Below, piece by piece: positions 1 to 11,036 of a stretch of 64,000 nt of DNA. This stretch comes from an uncultured delta proteobacterium (GTDB lineage Bacteria > Desulfobacterota > Desulfobacteria > Desulfobacterales > SG8-13): assembly GCA_963848135.1 (NCBI GenBank), contig CAWKCK010000002.1, positions 509,684 through 573,683 on the forward strand, in the 5' to 3' direction. Each line of letters begins with the position of its first letter. The stretch's first letter is position 1. Under the pieces are notes generated by a model. It was not told where the DNA came from and searched no databases. It was given only the letters and a program-made list of their open reading frames with translations. The position numbers were made by a program, and so were the translations under genes.

Positions 1-639
1 ATGAATATGGCGCCGGTAATGGATGTGGCTCCAGAGGATATCTCCAGCATTATGGCATCAAGGAGCTATGGTGCCGATCCGGCACGGGTATCCCGGATGG
101 GTTGCCGGGTCATCGAACACTTTCAGCAACGCAACATCATGGCTGTTGCCAAACATTTTCCAGGCATCGGGCGAACGGTTCTCGACTCCCATGAAGATAT
201 GCCAACACTTGATGTTGATATCGACACCCTGAAAAAGTCGGATCTGGTTCCCTTTGAAGACGCTATCGATTGCCAGGTCGCCGGGATGATGCTGTCGCAT
301 ATTTTCTACAAGCGCATCGACCCCGATTGGCCGGCGAGTCTTTCAGCGGTCATTGCCGGAGATCTCTTGCGGAAGGAACTCGGCTATAAGGGCGTGGTCA
401 TGACCGATGACCTGGACATGGGTGCCATAAAAAAGCACTATGACATCGAAACGGTCATAATGCAGATTCTTAGGGCTGATATCGACATGGCCCTTATCTG
501 TCACAAAGGCCCTGACATCCAGGCAGCGTACGAATTTATCCTCAAGCAAATAACGGATGACGCAGCGCTGCGGCACAAAGGGATCGCATCGGTCAACCGG
601 ATCCTGCAATTGAAAATGAAATACCTGGGCTACCAATAG
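1..639 (+). CDS. nagZ: beta-N-acetylhexosaminidase, GH3 family (NagZ-like), C-terminal part; the gene probably starts upstream of the window
   Basis: ORF 1..639. GH3-type motif KHFPGIGRTVLDSHEDMP and MTDDLDMGAI. The ATG at position 1 is probably an internal Met. Confidence 0.75.
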   Translation: MNMAPVMDVAPEDISSIMASRSYGADPARVSRMGCRVIEHFQQRNIMAVAKHFPGIGRTVLDSHEDMPTLDVDIDTLKKSDLVPFEDAIDCQVAGMMLSHIFYKRIDPDWPASLSAVIAGDLLRKELGYKGVVMTDDLDMGAIKKHYDIETVIMQILRADIDMALICHKGPDIQAAYEFILKQITDDAALRHKGIASVNRILQLKMKYLGYQ

Positions 640-807
640 CCGCACCGCTGCTGCCGGTGGGGAAAGCGTGGCGCAATTCACATGGGTGAACGTAATTCCC
701 CCCGCGATGCTTCCCGATTCCGCATAGCCCTGCCACCGAACTTTCGGTGCGCCGGCATCACACTATGCGGCGGCCAATCGCATGAAACATGGGTCAAGCG
801 CAATTTG

Positions 808-1812
808 TCAAAGTCCTGCAACCTGCCGGGAGTAAACGTCATCGCCAATGTCGCCGCGCATGCCCGCCTCGAGAAGATGGTATCCCGCGGCGGCTATCAT
901 GGCAGCATTATCACCGCAGAACTTAAGAGAAGGAACGTGCACAATAATCCCCTGCTTTTCAGCTTCGGCGATCACGACTGACCGCAAGCGTTCGTTTGCC
1001 GCAACACCACCAACCAAGGCGATTCTGTTGCATCTCTTTGACGTCGCTGCCGCAATAATCTTATAAGACAAAACATCAATAACTGCATCCTGGAAACTCG
1101 CAGCGATATCAGCTACTCGATGGTGCAGGTCCTGCGAGTGGTCTTGAATGTAACGATTGACTGCTGTCTTCAACCCGCTGAAGCTGAAATCATAACGCGA
1201 TTTGTCCAAATACGACCTTGGAAAGCGAATTTTTACCGGATCGCCTTGCGCAGCAAGCGCTGATATAACAGCGCCGCCCGGATAGCCCAACCCGAGCATC
1301 TTGGCCACCTTGTCGAAAGCTTCCCCGGCGGCATCGTCCCGCGTCTGGCCCAAGGTTTCGAATTCCGTGTGAGAATTGACATGGTACAATGCCGTGTGCC
1401 CCCCGGATACCAGGAGCGCAACAAATGGGAAGGCTGGCGGATCTTTCTCCAGAAATACAGAATTGAGGTGTCCACTCAGGTGGCTGACACCGACCCATGG
1501 AATATCGCGAACCATAGCGATGGCTTTTGTAAACGAGAAGCCAACCAGCAACGAACCGATTAGCCCGGGCCCCTGGGTAACCGCCAGCGCATCGACCTGG
1601 TCCTCAGACACGTTGGCATCCCTGAGCGCCTGGCGATAAACCGGTAATATAGACGTTATATGCTTGCGTGAAGCGAGTTCAGGAACCACACCACCAAAGG
1701 GCCGGTGAATGGCAATTTGAGAGGAAACGACCGAGGACAATATTCGGTGGCCATCGACAACTACCGCCGCTGCGGTTTCGTCGCAGGATGTTTCAACGCC
1801 GAGAACGATCAA
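808..1812 (-). CDS. tsaD: tRNA N6-adenosine threonylcarbamoyltransferase TsaD (Kae1/Gcp family)
   Basis: 334 aa. N-terminus ILGVETSCDETAAAVV, metal motif SHLSGH, C-terminal CGDNAAMIA; typical TsaD length. Confidence 0.95.
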   Translation of the reverse strand: MIVLGVETSCDETAAAVVVDGHRILSSVVSSQIAIHRPFGGVVPELASRKHITSILPVYRQALRDANVSEDQVDALAVTQGPGLIGSLLVGFSFTKAIAMVRDIPWVGVSHLSGHLNSVFLEKDPPAFPFVALLVSGGHTALYHVNSHTEFETLGQTRDDAAGEAFDKVAKMLGLGYPGGAVISALAAQGDPVKIRFPRSYLDKSRYDFSFSGLKTAVNRYIQDHSQDLHHRVADIAASFQDAVIDVLSYKIIAAATSKRCNRIALVGGVAANERLRSVVIAEAEKQGIIVHVPSLKFCGDNAAMIAAAGYHLLEAGMRGDIGDDVYSRQVAGL

Positions 1813-1992
1813 TTTTTATCAACCCGTGGATTTTTTTCCGGTGCCTGCCCGTAACGTGTCGCGCGGCACTTCAATTCCGGCAGAGCCCGTGATCCACGTG
1901 ACCTCTGGCGACCCAAAAGAGAAACGGGCGCAATATGACGGACCGGGAAAGGGTGCCTTCCTCCTCGCACCGCTGATCGACAACCCCTCGCC

Positions 1993-3036
1993 TTATATCC
2001 ACTGACAACGGATTTCCGGACTCTGGCACTCGGCCACCTCACCGATGACAAAGGCCTTCTCGTTCAGCGCGGAAAGGCGCGACAAAACTTCGATGGTCGC
2101 CTTCTCCGGTACGATCGCCGCTAACCCGATACCATTATTGAACGTTCGCATCATCTCGTCATCACTGATGTTACCGGCTTTCTGGAGAAAATCGAAGATG
2201 GGTGGAATTTCCCAACTGCGCCGCTGTAGGACAACCTGGCAGGCTCTGGGTGTCATGCGCAGGATGTTCTCTTCAATTCCCCCACCGGTAATGTGCGCCA
2301 GCCCCTGAATCGGTAAATCACGGGTCAGATGCCGGATGGTTTCAGAATATATTTTGGTCGGTCTGATCAACTCAGGCCCCAACGGACCGCCAAGTTCGTC
2401 AACATGCGAAGAACAATTCAGTTTCAACAGGTCGAAACAGATTTTTCTGACCAAGGAATACCCGTTGCTGTGCAGCCCGTTGGATGCAATACCGATGATT
2501 TTGTCACCCACGTGAACACCCGAACCGTCGATGATCTTGGTATTGTCCACGATTCCAACGGCAAACCCTGCCAGGTCATATTCGTCTGGCTGATATATTC
2601 CCGGCATTTCTGCCGTTTCACCGCCGATAAGAGAGCATCGGGCCTGTTTACAGCCCTCTGCGATTCCGTTGACAATCTGGGTCACCCGGTGGTCATCGAG
2701 TTTTCCCATGGCCAGGTAGTCGAGGAAAAAAAGCGGCCGGGCGCCCTGCACGGCAATATCGTTAATGCTCATGGCGACCAGGTCAATGCCGATGGTATCG
2801 TGCTTGTCCATCATGAAGGCGATTTTCAGCTTTGTTCCAACGCCATCGGTAGAGCTGACCAATACCGGGTTTTCGACATTGGCCATGTTTAGCGAATAAA
2901 GGGCGCCGAAACCGCCGATTTCACCGAGTACACCCGATCTCGAGGTCTGGCCGGCAATATCTTTGATTTGATCGACCAGTCGCCCGGCCTTATTTATATC
3001 CACGCCGGCATCGGCATAAGTCAGTGATTTTGCCAT
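1993..3036 (-). CDS. purM: phosphoribosylformylglycinamidine cyclo-ligase (AIR synthetase)
   Basis: 347 aa. YADAGVDINKAG N-terminus, GTDGVGTKLKIA and HITGGG motifs of the PurM family. Confidence 0.95.
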   Translation of the reverse strand: MAKSLTYADAGVDINKAGRLVDQIKDIAGQTSRSGVLGEIGGFGALYSLNMANVENPVLVSSTDGVGTKLKIAFMMDKHDTIGIDLVAMSINDIAVQGARPLFFLDYLAMGKLDDHRVTQIVNGIAEGCKQARCSLIGGETAEMPGIYQPDEYDLAGFAVGIVDNTKIIDGSGVHVGDKIIGIASNGLHSNGYSLVRKICFDLLKLNCSSHVDELGGPLGPELIRPTKIYSETIRHLTRDLPIQGLAHITGGGIEENILRMTPRACQVVLQRRSWEIPPIFDFLQKAGNISDDEMMRTFNNGIGLAAIVPEKATIEVLSRLSALNEKAFVIGEVAECQSPEIRCQWI

Positions 3037-3374
3037 GGTCTTCTCCCGGAGTTTTATGAAAAATTCTCACAAAATTGAGTATTTAGACGGAATCGTGTGA
3101 AAAGTCAAAACTTATTTTTTGACATCACCTTATGAATAATGTAAAAATTTACAGTTACATATCTTACCAGCGTATTGCCAGCGTCTGGAAATTTCATCGA
3201 TGGCACTATTGAGAGTGTCCAAAAAGAAAATGGAAGTCAAGGGATAGAATGTCTGTTTTTGCCAGTGCGGATCAATGATTGCCACCATCCTTTCGCATGA
3301 CGATTCCAGTGCCAACTTCCGATTTGATGCCCATATATCGAACCGTAAACATTAAAGGTTGAAAGGTTTAAGCA

Positions 3375-4544
3375 ATGAGCGAATTTGCCAGACTGGATCG
3401 TCTGCCTCCGTACATCTTCGCCCAGGTTAACGCCATAAAAATGGAAGCCCGGCGTAGCGGTGAGGACATTATCGACCTGGGTATGGGAAACCCCGATCTG
3501 GGAACTCCCCAGCACATTGTTGACAAGCTCGTTGAAGCCGCTCAAAAGCCGCATAACCACCGGTATTCTGCCTCAATGGGGATAACCAAGCTGAGGATGG
3601 CCATCGCCGACTGGTACAAGCGCCGATACGACGTTGACATAGATCATGAAAACGAAGCGATTGTGACCATCGGCGTCAAAGAAGGCATTTCCCATCTGAT
3701 TCTGGTGACGATCAGACCTGGAGACGTGGTGTTTACACCCAACCCGACCTACCCGATACATCCCTATTCAACCATCATATCCGGTGGGGACGTTCGGGGG
3801 ATTCCCCTGGGGCCGGGCGAGGACTTTTTCCACAATTTGCAGCACGCGACACGCCAGACATGGCCGCGACCGAAAATCCTGATCGTCAGCTATCCGCACA
3901 ATCCAACCACCGAGGTCGTTGAAATCGAATTCTTCCAAAAGCTGGTCGACTTCGCCAAAGAGAACGACATCATGCTCATCCACGATTTCGCCTATGCCGA
4001 ATTGACTTTCGACGGATACAAAGCCCCCAGCCTCCTACAGGTAAAAGGTGCCAAAGACGTCGGGGTTGAATTCTACTCCCTCTCCAAGAGCTACAGCATG
4101 CCCGGTTGGCGGGTCGGATTCTGCGTAGGCAATCCGGAAATTGTGGCCGCCCTGCGGCGGATCAAGAGTTATCTCGATTACGGTATTTTTCAGCCGATCC
4201 AGATTGCCTCTATCATTGCCCTCAACGGACCCCAGGACTGCGTGGAGGATATCCGGCTCATTTACAAGGAACGCAGGGATGCGCTGATCCAAGGCCTGGA
4301 GCGGGTTGGCTGGAACATTCGCAGTCCAAAGGGCACCATGTTTGTCTGGGGTAAGATTCCGGAAAGTTACGTCAGCATGGGATCGGTCGAATTCTCGAAG
4401 TTTCTGGTCAAGGAAGCCAAGGTTGCCGTTTCACCCGGTCTCGGTTTCGGTGAATATGGCGACGAATACGTCCGCTTCGCCCTTATAGAAAATAAACTGC
4501 GGATAAACCAAGCGGTTCGGGGTATTCGAAATATTATGCAGTAA
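3375..4544 (+). CDS. PLP-dependent aminotransferase, class I/II (AlaC/AspC-like)
   Basis: 389 aa. [11 protein letters not shown]-terminus, NPTT motif, PLP-lysine context [14 protein letters not shown]. Lies upstream of hom. Confidence 0.85.
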   Translation: MSEFARLDRLPPYIFAQVNAIKMEARRSGEDIIDLGMGNPDLGTPQHIVDKLVEAAQKPHNHRYSASMGITKLRMAIADWYKRRYDVDIDHENEAIVTIGVKEGISHLILVTIRPGDVVFTPNPTYPIHPYSTIISGGDVRGIPLGPGEDFFHNLQHATRQTWPRPKILIVSYPHNPTTEVVEIEFFQKLVDFAKENDIMLIHDFAYAELTFDGYKAPSLLQVKGAKDVGVEFYSLSKSYSMPGWRVGFCVGNPEIVAALRRIKSYLDYGIFQPIQIASIIALNGPQDCVEDIRLIYKERRDALIQGLERVGWNIRSPKGTMFVWGKIPESYVSMGSVEFSKFLVKEAKVAVSPGLGFGEYGDEYVRFALIENKLRINQAVRGIRNIMQ

Positions 4545-4677
4545 CTTTAGGTTTGACTATCATGATCACCTGCCGGCCCTGAACCGGGCCATCGAAATAC
4601 GGCAACGGAAGTCTCCGATTATGCCGGGTGTGATATATTCGCGTTAAAAATTCAATTCGCAAGACAGGATTGCCTAC

Positions 4678-5994
4678 ATGAATAACATCAACATTGGCCT
4701 GCTTGGATGCGGCACCGTCGGTGCCGGTGTTGCCCGGATTTTAATGGACAACAAAGATTTGATCAGCGCGCGCGTTGGTGCGGCCCTTAGGCTCAAACGG
4801 GTCGCAGACATCGATATTACCACGGATCGGGGCATCCGATTTGAGGCCGGTGTTCTGACAACCGATGCCAGGGACGTCATCAACGACCCGGATATCGATA
4901 TAGTGGTTGAAATGATCGGTGGGGAAACCGTCGCCAAGGAGTTTATCTTCGCGGCCATCGAAAACGGTAAACAGATCGTTACGGCCAACAAGGCCCTGCT
5001 GGCCGCTCACGGCAACGCCATTTTCTCGGCTGCCACCCAAAAAGGGGTCGATCTTGCTTTCGAAGCCAGCGTGGGCGGATGCATGCCCATCATCAAAACG
5101 CTGCGGGAATCTCTGGTGGGCAACCGAATCCAAGCCATGATCGGCATTCTGAATGGTACCTGCAACTACATTCTGTCGAAGATTACCGACGATGGCCGCC
5201 CTTTTGAGGAAGCCTTGGCGCAAGCCCAGTCCAAGGGCTACGCGGAAGCCGACCCGGCACTGGATATCGAGGGCCGCGATACGGCCCACAAAATCGCCAT
5301 ACTCTCCGCGCTGGCTTACGGCATGGAAATAAACCTGAACGACGTCTACACGGAAGGCATATCACATATCACGCCCATGGATATCGAGTTTGCGGGCCAA
5401 TTCGGATACAAAATCAAACTGTTGGCTATCAGCAAATTCAAGGACAACGCCGTTGAGGCCAGGGTTCATCCAACCATGATCCCGGTTGACAACATGCTCA
5501 GCAACGTCAACGGAACCCTGAATGCCATTACGGTTTCTGCCGATGCCGCGGGTGAAATAATGCTCTATGGCCGCGGCGCGGGAATGATGCCAACGGCCAG
5601 TGCCGTGGTGGCGGACCTGGTTGATATCAGCCGGAATATAATCGCGGGCACCACCGCACGGGTTCCCCTGCTCTCTTTTCAACCCAACCAAATTCGCAAG
5701 ATTCCGGTCAGGCCGATAAGTGACATCATCACCCACTACTACCTGCGGTTTTCGGCTCTCGACAAACCCGGTGTCCTGTCGACAATTGCAGGCATACTCG
5801 GAAAATACGGAATCAGCATAAAGACGGCTTACCAGAAAGGCCGCAAAATGAACGGATCGGTTCCGCTCGTGATGTTGACCCATACCGCCAAAGAGGCATC
5901 GGCACTTCAAGCCTTGAATGACATTGCGTCCCTGGATGTTGTCAGTGCCAGACCGATCATGATCAGGATCGAAGACGAATACTACGATGCTTAG
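4678..5994 (+). CDS. hom: homoserine dehydrogenase with C-terminal ACT domain
   Basis: 438 aa. NAD-binding GLLGCGTVGAGV, catalytic region ILNGTCNYIL and DIEGRDTAHK, ACT-like YYLRFSALDKPGVLSTIAGILG. Confidence 0.92.
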   Translation: MNNINIGLLGCGTVGAGVARILMDNKDLISARVGAALRLKRVADIDITTDRGIRFEAGVLTTDARDVINDPDIDIVVEMIGGETVAKEFIFAAIENGKQIVTANKALLAAHGNAIFSAATQKGVDLAFEASVGGCMPIIKTLRESLVGNRIQAMIGILNGTCNYILSKITDDGRPFEEALAQAQSKGYAEADPALDIEGRDTAHKIAILSALAYGMEINLNDVYTEGISHITPMDIEFAGQFGYKIKLLAISKFKDNAVEARVHPTMIPVDNMLSNVNGTLNAITVSADAAGEIMLYGRGAGMMPTASAVVADLVDISRNIIAGTTARVPLLSFQPNQIRKIPVRPISDIITHYYLRFSALDKPGVLSTIAGILGKYGISIKTAYQKGRKMNGSVPLVMLTHTAKEASALQALNDIASLDVVSARPIMIRIEDEYYDA

Positions 5995-6150
5995 TACCCC
6001 GTTGATAGAAGAAGGCTATCGATGACTGAGTACTTTGGGATATCCATACGGGACACCGCGATTCCCCTGATAACGGCGATTTAAAACACCAGGCGGAAAT
6101 GAAATTTCTTACATTATCAACTTCACTTCCATCGACATTTCAAATACCAA

Positions 6151-6774
6151 ATGAGGCCTGCCATGCACTTAGTCTGCACTGACCTGGAAGGTGTGTTTAC
6201 TCCCGAAATCTGGATAAACGTGGCCGAAAAAACCGGAATCGCCGAACTCCGGTTAACCACTCGCGATATCCCCGACTACGATGTTCTAATGAAAAAGCGT
6301 CTGGCCATCCTGAATGATAGCGGGCTCAAAATCAAAGATATAACGGATGTCATTGCAACGATGCAACCCCTGGAGGGCGCCAACGCCTTCCTGAACTGGC
6401 TGCGCGCAAAGACCCAGGTCATCGTCGTGTCTGATACCTATATCGAATTTGCCCGGCCATTGATGGATAAACTCGGTTGGCCGACCCTGCTCTGCCATCA
6501 CCTGACAGTCGATGCAAAGGGCACCATCCTCAATTACAACCTGCGCCAAAAAGACAGCAAATTCAGAGCGGTGAACGCCCTGAAAGATCTGAACTTCACC
6601 GTCATATCTATCGGGGATTCTTACAACGACATCACCATGCTGACAGCGGCCGATCACGGGTTTCTCTATTGCCCTCCGGAAAACGTCAAAAAGGAATACC
6701 CTCAGTTTCCGGTCTCATACACCTACGATGAGTTGAAAGCCAAGATCGAGCCAGTACTAAAGGATTTGGCCTAG
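6151..6774 (+). CDS. thrH: phosphoserine phosphatase / homoserine phosphotransferase, ThrH-like HAD protein
   Basis: 207 aa. HAD motif I DLEGV, GDSYNDITML motif. Resembles Pseudomonas ThrH as I remember it along its whole length (TTRDIPDYDVLMKKRL, LRQKD, PENV..EYPQFP). Confidence 0.8.
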   Translation: MRPAMHLVCTDLEGVFTPEIWINVAEKTGIAELRLTTRDIPDYDVLMKKRLAILNDSGLKIKDITDVIATMQPLEGANAFLNWLRAKTQVIVVSDTYIEFARPLMDKLGWPTLLCHHLTVDAKGTILNYNLRQKDSKFRAVNALKDLNFTVISIGDSYNDITMLTAADHGFLYCPPENVKKEYPQFPVSYTYDELKAKIEPVLKDLA

Positions 6775-6840
6775 CCTGCGAATTTCATGATTGTTTTTGG
6801 AAGGAACTCAATCGCGACAATACCTGGAAGGACCCCCTGC

Positions 6841-7248
6841 ATGCTGACCAATAGAACCTCGTGCCGTGTTCGATACGGAGATACGGACCGCATGGGGTAC
6901 GCGTACTATGCGAACTATCTGCGATGGTTTGAGATCGGGCGTTCGGAACTTTTTCGGGCTCTGGGTATGACCTATCGCGAAATCGAAGACAGAGGAATTT
7001 TGCTGCCGGTGGCCGAGGCGTACTGCAAATATCTGGCTCCCGCCCGATACGATGATGCGATAATCATTGAAACGACCCTCGACACTGCCGTAAAGGGCGC
7101 TATGAAATTTGATTACCGGGTGCTGTGCGAAGACGGAATCGATTTGGTTGCCGAAGGTTACACCAAGCATCCCTTCGTCACACCCGACGGCAAGGTTACC
7201 CGTCCACCCAAGTTCCTGCGTGATTTCATCGCCCGGAAACTGCCATAA
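6841..7248 (+). CDS. acyl-CoA thioesterase, YbgC/4HBT family
   Basis: RVRYGDTDRMGYAYYANYLRWFE hot-dog signature. The track ORF starts at 6787; I prefer ATG 6841 (GGAAGGA upstream), which gives the usual family N-terminus. Confidence 0.8.
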   Translation: MLTNRTSCRVRYGDTDRMGYAYYANYLRWFEIGRSELFRALGMTYREIEDRGILLPVAEAYCKYLAPARYDDAIIIETTLDTAVKGAMKFDYRVLCEDGIDLVAEGYTKHPFVTPDGKVTRPPKFLRDFIARKLP

Positions 7249-7259
7249 TCAGACACCGA

Positions 7260-7571
7260 ATGAACCTCATTCACCCTCATCCAAAAGGATTGGTCATAAA
7301 GGTTTTTGTTCAGCCCCGATCATCGAGAAATTCGATCGTCGGCCCCCACGGGGATGCACTCAAGATCAAACTGACGGCACCCCCTGTGGCCGGTGAAGCC
7401 AACCGATTGTGTATCAAGTTTCTGGCAAAAAGCCTTGGTTTGCCCAAAACCGCTTTAGAAATCCTCTCCGGTCATACCAGTCGCACTAAACAAGTGTTGG
7501 TGCACACCAATTCTGACGAATCGAAAAAACAGATATATATCGTCATAAAAAAATGGATGGAACCGATTTAA
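7260..7571 (+). CDS. DUF167 (YggU) family protein
   Basis: 103 aa. V.PRSS.N.I.G....LKI.L.APPV.G.AN..L..FLAK motif pattern typical of YggU. Confidence 0.75.
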   Translation: MNLIHPHPKGLVIKVFVQPRSSRNSIVGPHGDALKIKLTAPPVAGEANRLCIKFLAKSLGLPKTALEILSGHTSRTKQVLVHTNSDESKKQIYIVIKKWMEPI

Positions 7572-7630
7572 TTTTTGAAGTCTCTTGACATACCGCGGTG
7601 AGACCGTTATATTCCAGACCGCAAAATTGA

Positions 7631-7707
<77 letters not shown>

Positions 7708-7717
7708 CAACAAACCA

Positions 7718-7751
7718 AAGGCTTAGACGAAAATTTAAGCCTTTTATTTTT
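7718..7751 (+). terminator. rho-independent terminator after the tRNA
   Basis: Stem AAGGCTTA / TAAGCCTT with a 9-nt loop, followed by TTATTTTTC. Confidence 0.55.
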
Positions 7752-8173
7752 CCCCTATTTATACTTCTTTCCCTCCATCTTTCCACCCACTATTATTAAT
7801 TCTTAATCTTGTTCTAATGAATCGTGGGTCTCAGCGACGACCCGCTTTTCAATGTAAGAAAAAGGATTATGCGATGGCGGTGCGACTTGGATATGGGAGA
7901 CATGGATAGGGGGGACTGGCAATCTTCAAACTGTAAAAAGCCAAATAGGTTTTATAGTCCTGCTGAAAGATTCGGAAATGTCCTAAAAAAAGCCCCTCTG
8001 AACTTTTGTTATCATTAGCGGTTGAGGTGAGGATACCCAGAGCTTAACACATTGTCCCGTTTTTGGGGACCACCGCTCCCTGACTCGCTGGCAGTTTCAG
8101 TGACCCTCGTTTCCCCCTTGGAACCAGGGGAAACGAGGGACGGGTTTACAGAAAAACCCCTATGTCACTTTGT

Positions 8174-8605
8174 CTATTCCAGAGTTAACTTAACTCCCTC
8201 TGCCGCAAGCTTCAGGTTGGCTCCTTTTGTCTTTGGTAGAAGATGGATCTCTACGCCCTTATCGTTTTTCATAACGGTGGTGCCGGCACCTTCCACCATC
8301 GTGGCCTCCGCTGAAGCCGCCGCATAGATTCCGTCAAAATCGGCCACGTTCTTCAGATTATAGACATTGCCCTCGGCCATGGCTTCGCTGATCCCCACGT
8401 CACCCACCGAGATGCCCTTGACCTTAAAGGGACGCTCCTTTCCGTCGACGCTGAGGACACCCTTTCCCCAGTTCCAACCGATGCCCGCGGCCACCTGCCC
8501 CTCCGAGAGCTTGAGGGTCCCATCGGGCTTCTTCGCTTCTCCGGCAAATGCCATGCCACACATGACCAATCCAATTACCAGCACCCACACTGTCAATCTT
8601 TTCAT
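8174..8605 (-). CDS. small secreted hypothetical protein (143 aa, signal peptide)
   Basis: I place the start at MKRLTVWVLVIGLVMCGMAFAGEA (ATG 8605, GGAGG-containing RBS just upstream) rather than the track start 8782. The mature part is Gly/Val-rich and looks beta-rich. I cannot confirm a family assignment (possibly DUF1134-like). Confidence 0.6.
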   Translation of the reverse strand: MKRLTVWVLVIGLVMCGMAFAGEAKKPDGTLKLSEGQVAAGIGWNWGKGVLSVDGKERPFKVKGISVGDVGISEAMAEGNVYNLKNVADFDGIYAAASAEATMVEGAGTTVMKNDKGVEIHLLPKTKGANLKLAAEGVKLTLE

Positions 8606-9056
8606 TGTACTGCCTCCTTCTTTTTTGTTTGCTTGACATTTTGCGGACATGGGCCGTAGAGTGCACCGCTTATAGCAATCTCCTCCGGCCACGCCACGCT
8701 CCCCAAAGTATGGCTCGAATTGTTTATACCGCCCTGAATATCGTTGGTTTACAGACGAATTAAACGAATTGAGTACGGACAATAAATTGCCACTCTGTGA
8801 GAGCTTGTCAATTATCGATGGTAATTAACTCCTTAGCCCGAATATTTCACGCGCGATGAAATCTTTTCTACCCTATGAGTAAAATTGTGAAATTTTAGAT
8901 ACTTGATCAGATAGAATTTCTCATTGACCCTATGAACCCTGAAACCTCTCTTTGCCTTACCCCTCAATAATCATTTTTGTCAAATGATATGCAATGTCCG
9001 TTTTAATAGCTTGTGTCCTGTTTTATATCATTATCTTTATTGTGTCTGAACTTTCG

Positions 9057-10418
9057 TCATTCATTCGTCGGGATATCTTTCACGACTGGATTAGGACTTT
9101 CTTTCAATAAATTCATCGGCAGAGCGCTTTTAAGATGCAGATCACGCTGCGGAAATGCAAATACGATCCCGGTTTCATGAAAGCTGTCCCACACCTTCAA
9201 GAGGACCGCATTCTTGACATTGGTAATTCCATCTTGGGGATCGTTGATCCAAAAGCGCAACTCCAGATTGACAGTGCTGTCACCGAATTCCTTTACAACG
9301 CATTTCGGATCCGGGCTTTTCAAAACACGGTCAATGCTCAAGGCGGCTGAGACAGCAAAAGTGAGCGCCCTGCTTAAATCAGATTCATAGGAAATCCCGA
9401 GCGGGATCGTAAGGCGTACAAGGTTATCGCTGAAAGATAAATTTTCTATTTTTTGCGTCACAAAGATCTCATTAGGAATGAGCTCTAATGTTCCGTTTCG
9501 CGTGGCCACCTCAACGTATATTAAGCCGATTCGAACGATCCATCCGTATTGAGAGCCAAAAAACTTTTTCTCCAAACCAATCACATCGCCCTTGCGGATA
9601 GGTTTGGCTATGAGCAGCATAATCCCGCTTACCAGATTGGATCCGATTTTCTGCAGCCCGATGCCGACGGCAAAGCCGATCGCCCCTCCCGTGACAACGA
9701 TTCCTGCCAGATGGACCCCGGCCGCTTTCAAAGAGATCAAAATCACTATAACCACTGTTGCAGCCTTGACCACCCTTTGGATCAACGTTCGATCCGAGTA
9801 AGTCAGTTGGGTGGAAGTGGCCAACCTGTGGGCGATAAAGCGGTTGACCGCGTTCCCTAACGCCCACAGCAGAATGAAAGTAAAGAGCGCTTCGATTATA
9901 CCCCAAATAGAGATACGCAATGACCCTAACTGGATCGTCATACTGCCAAGCAAGTCAACGGTCGGTTCCCACAATTTGAATATCTGCAGAGATATAATGA
10001 TCAGGCAAATCGCGTAGATAGTACGTGTCCAGAATGTACTCTTTATGTAAAAATAGGCGAAGCGGATGACCAACAGGGCCCCTATAAAATTGAGGCTCAT
10101 TTGTAAAAGGTCGGCCTGCGTAGAGAAATTTTTGAAAAGAACATGGCAGAACCAAACAAGCAACAGCCAAAGAATATACTTGAGTATAATTGCGAAATGG
10201 GCCGGGCTCAATACAAACCGAACATGGGCCTTAACTTTCTCGATATCTTTTTCAAAGTGTTGCCGAATCTTTTCTGCAAAGATCCATGAAACCAGATAAG
10301 CAGCGCCAATGGCCCCGATCTGATAAACACCCGTCAGATTAAAAAGATTCTCACCGAACCATTGAGAAAGGGACGAAAAGTAGTTCAAAACGTCACCTGA
10401 TAAAATCGAGTTTGCCAT
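9057..10418 (-). CDS. mechanosensitive ion channel family protein (MscS-like, multi-TM N-terminal extension)
   Basis: 453 aa. Several N-terminal TM helices, then the MscS core (GSNLVSGIMLLIAKPIRKGDVI, beta-domain, C-terminal alpha/beta). Confidence 0.85.
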   Translation of the reverse strand: MANSILSGDVLNYFSSLSQWFGENLFNLTGVYQIGAIGAAYLVSWIFAEKIRQHFEKDIEKVKAHVRFVLSPAHFAIILKYILWLLLVWFCHVLFKNFSTQADLLQMSLNFIGALLVIRFAYFYIKSTFWTRTIYAICLIIISLQIFKLWEPTVDLLGSMTIQLGSLRISIWGIIEALFTFILLWALGNAVNRFIAHRLATSTQLTYSDRTLIQRVVKAATVVIVILISLKAAGVHLAGIVVTGGAIGFAVGIGLQKIGSNLVSGIMLLIAKPIRKGDVIGLEKKFFGSQYGWIVRIGLIYVEVATRNGTLELIPNEIFVTQKIENLSFSDNLVRLTIPLGISYESDLSRALTFAVSAALSIDRVLKSPDPKCVVKEFGDSTVNLELRFWINDPQDGITNVKNAVLLKVWDSFHETGIVFAFPQRDLHLKSALPMNLLKESPNPVVKDIPTNE

Positions 10419-10685
10419 TGTCTGCCATCCTAATATTGCGTTTTCGCTACATTCCTTTTGGGGTCGACAAGCACGCCCCGATGTGCGCGTAAACTTTAAA
10501 CTTGGGGAACAAAAGAACGCTGCCGATGATAGAACGATTCCGCCAATCTTTAAACAACCAGCATTAATCGTATCCTATCGAAGCTTCACCCGTAAGTCTG
10601 CCCCATCTCTTGTCGGGTAGCCCCTGGACCATTGTTAAACATGCAGGGCATGATGTTTCCTTTTCTTCTACGATACGTGGCTGCC

Positions 10686-10952
10686 TCAACGTCGGCGTCG
10701 CTGCATCCCGCCGATCAGGGCACCACCGACAGCGCCGGCGGCGGCACCTTTCCCGGCATCTCCTGCAATCCCCCCGACGATAGCCCCCTTGGCGGCCCCT
10801 CGATCCGTGTCACCAACCAGTTCCCCGTCGTTCCGGTCAGCAGCAACAGGGTACGGAATCCTTTTCCAGCTTTGAACCTTGAACCCCTGAATCATGGCCC
10901 CCAGAGATACCAAGTTCTGCGTTCCCGGTTCAGAGTAGAAGGGTGTATTCAT
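10686..10952 (-). CDS. glycine-zipper small protein (hypothetical)
   Basis: C-terminal GAIVGGIAGDAGKGAAAGAVGGALIGGM glycine zipper followed by RRRR. Start chosen at MNTPFY (10952). The overlapping + strand ORF looks like nonsense. Confidence 0.4.
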   Translation of the reverse strand: MNTPFYSEPGTQNLVSLGAMIQGFKVQSWKRIPYPVAADRNDGELVGDTDRGAAKGAIVGGIAGDAGKGAAAGAVGGALIGGMQRRRR

Positions 10953-11036
10953 ATAAATTGATTTACATAAAAATATCATGAGCTGTTTGCGGGTTAGGAT
11001 GATGATCAAAATACGATTTAGCTCTCAACAGACACT

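Noticed and set aside
682-981. 99-aa + strand ORF, and several 60-100-aa ORFs overlapping tsaD and purM
   Set aside because: They are embedded in or antisense to highly conserved housekeeping genes.
10632-10961. 109-aa + strand ORF
   Set aside because: It overlaps the minus-strand glycine-zipper ORF. Its Pro/Ser/Gly-rich translation is the mirror of the Gly-rich coding frame.
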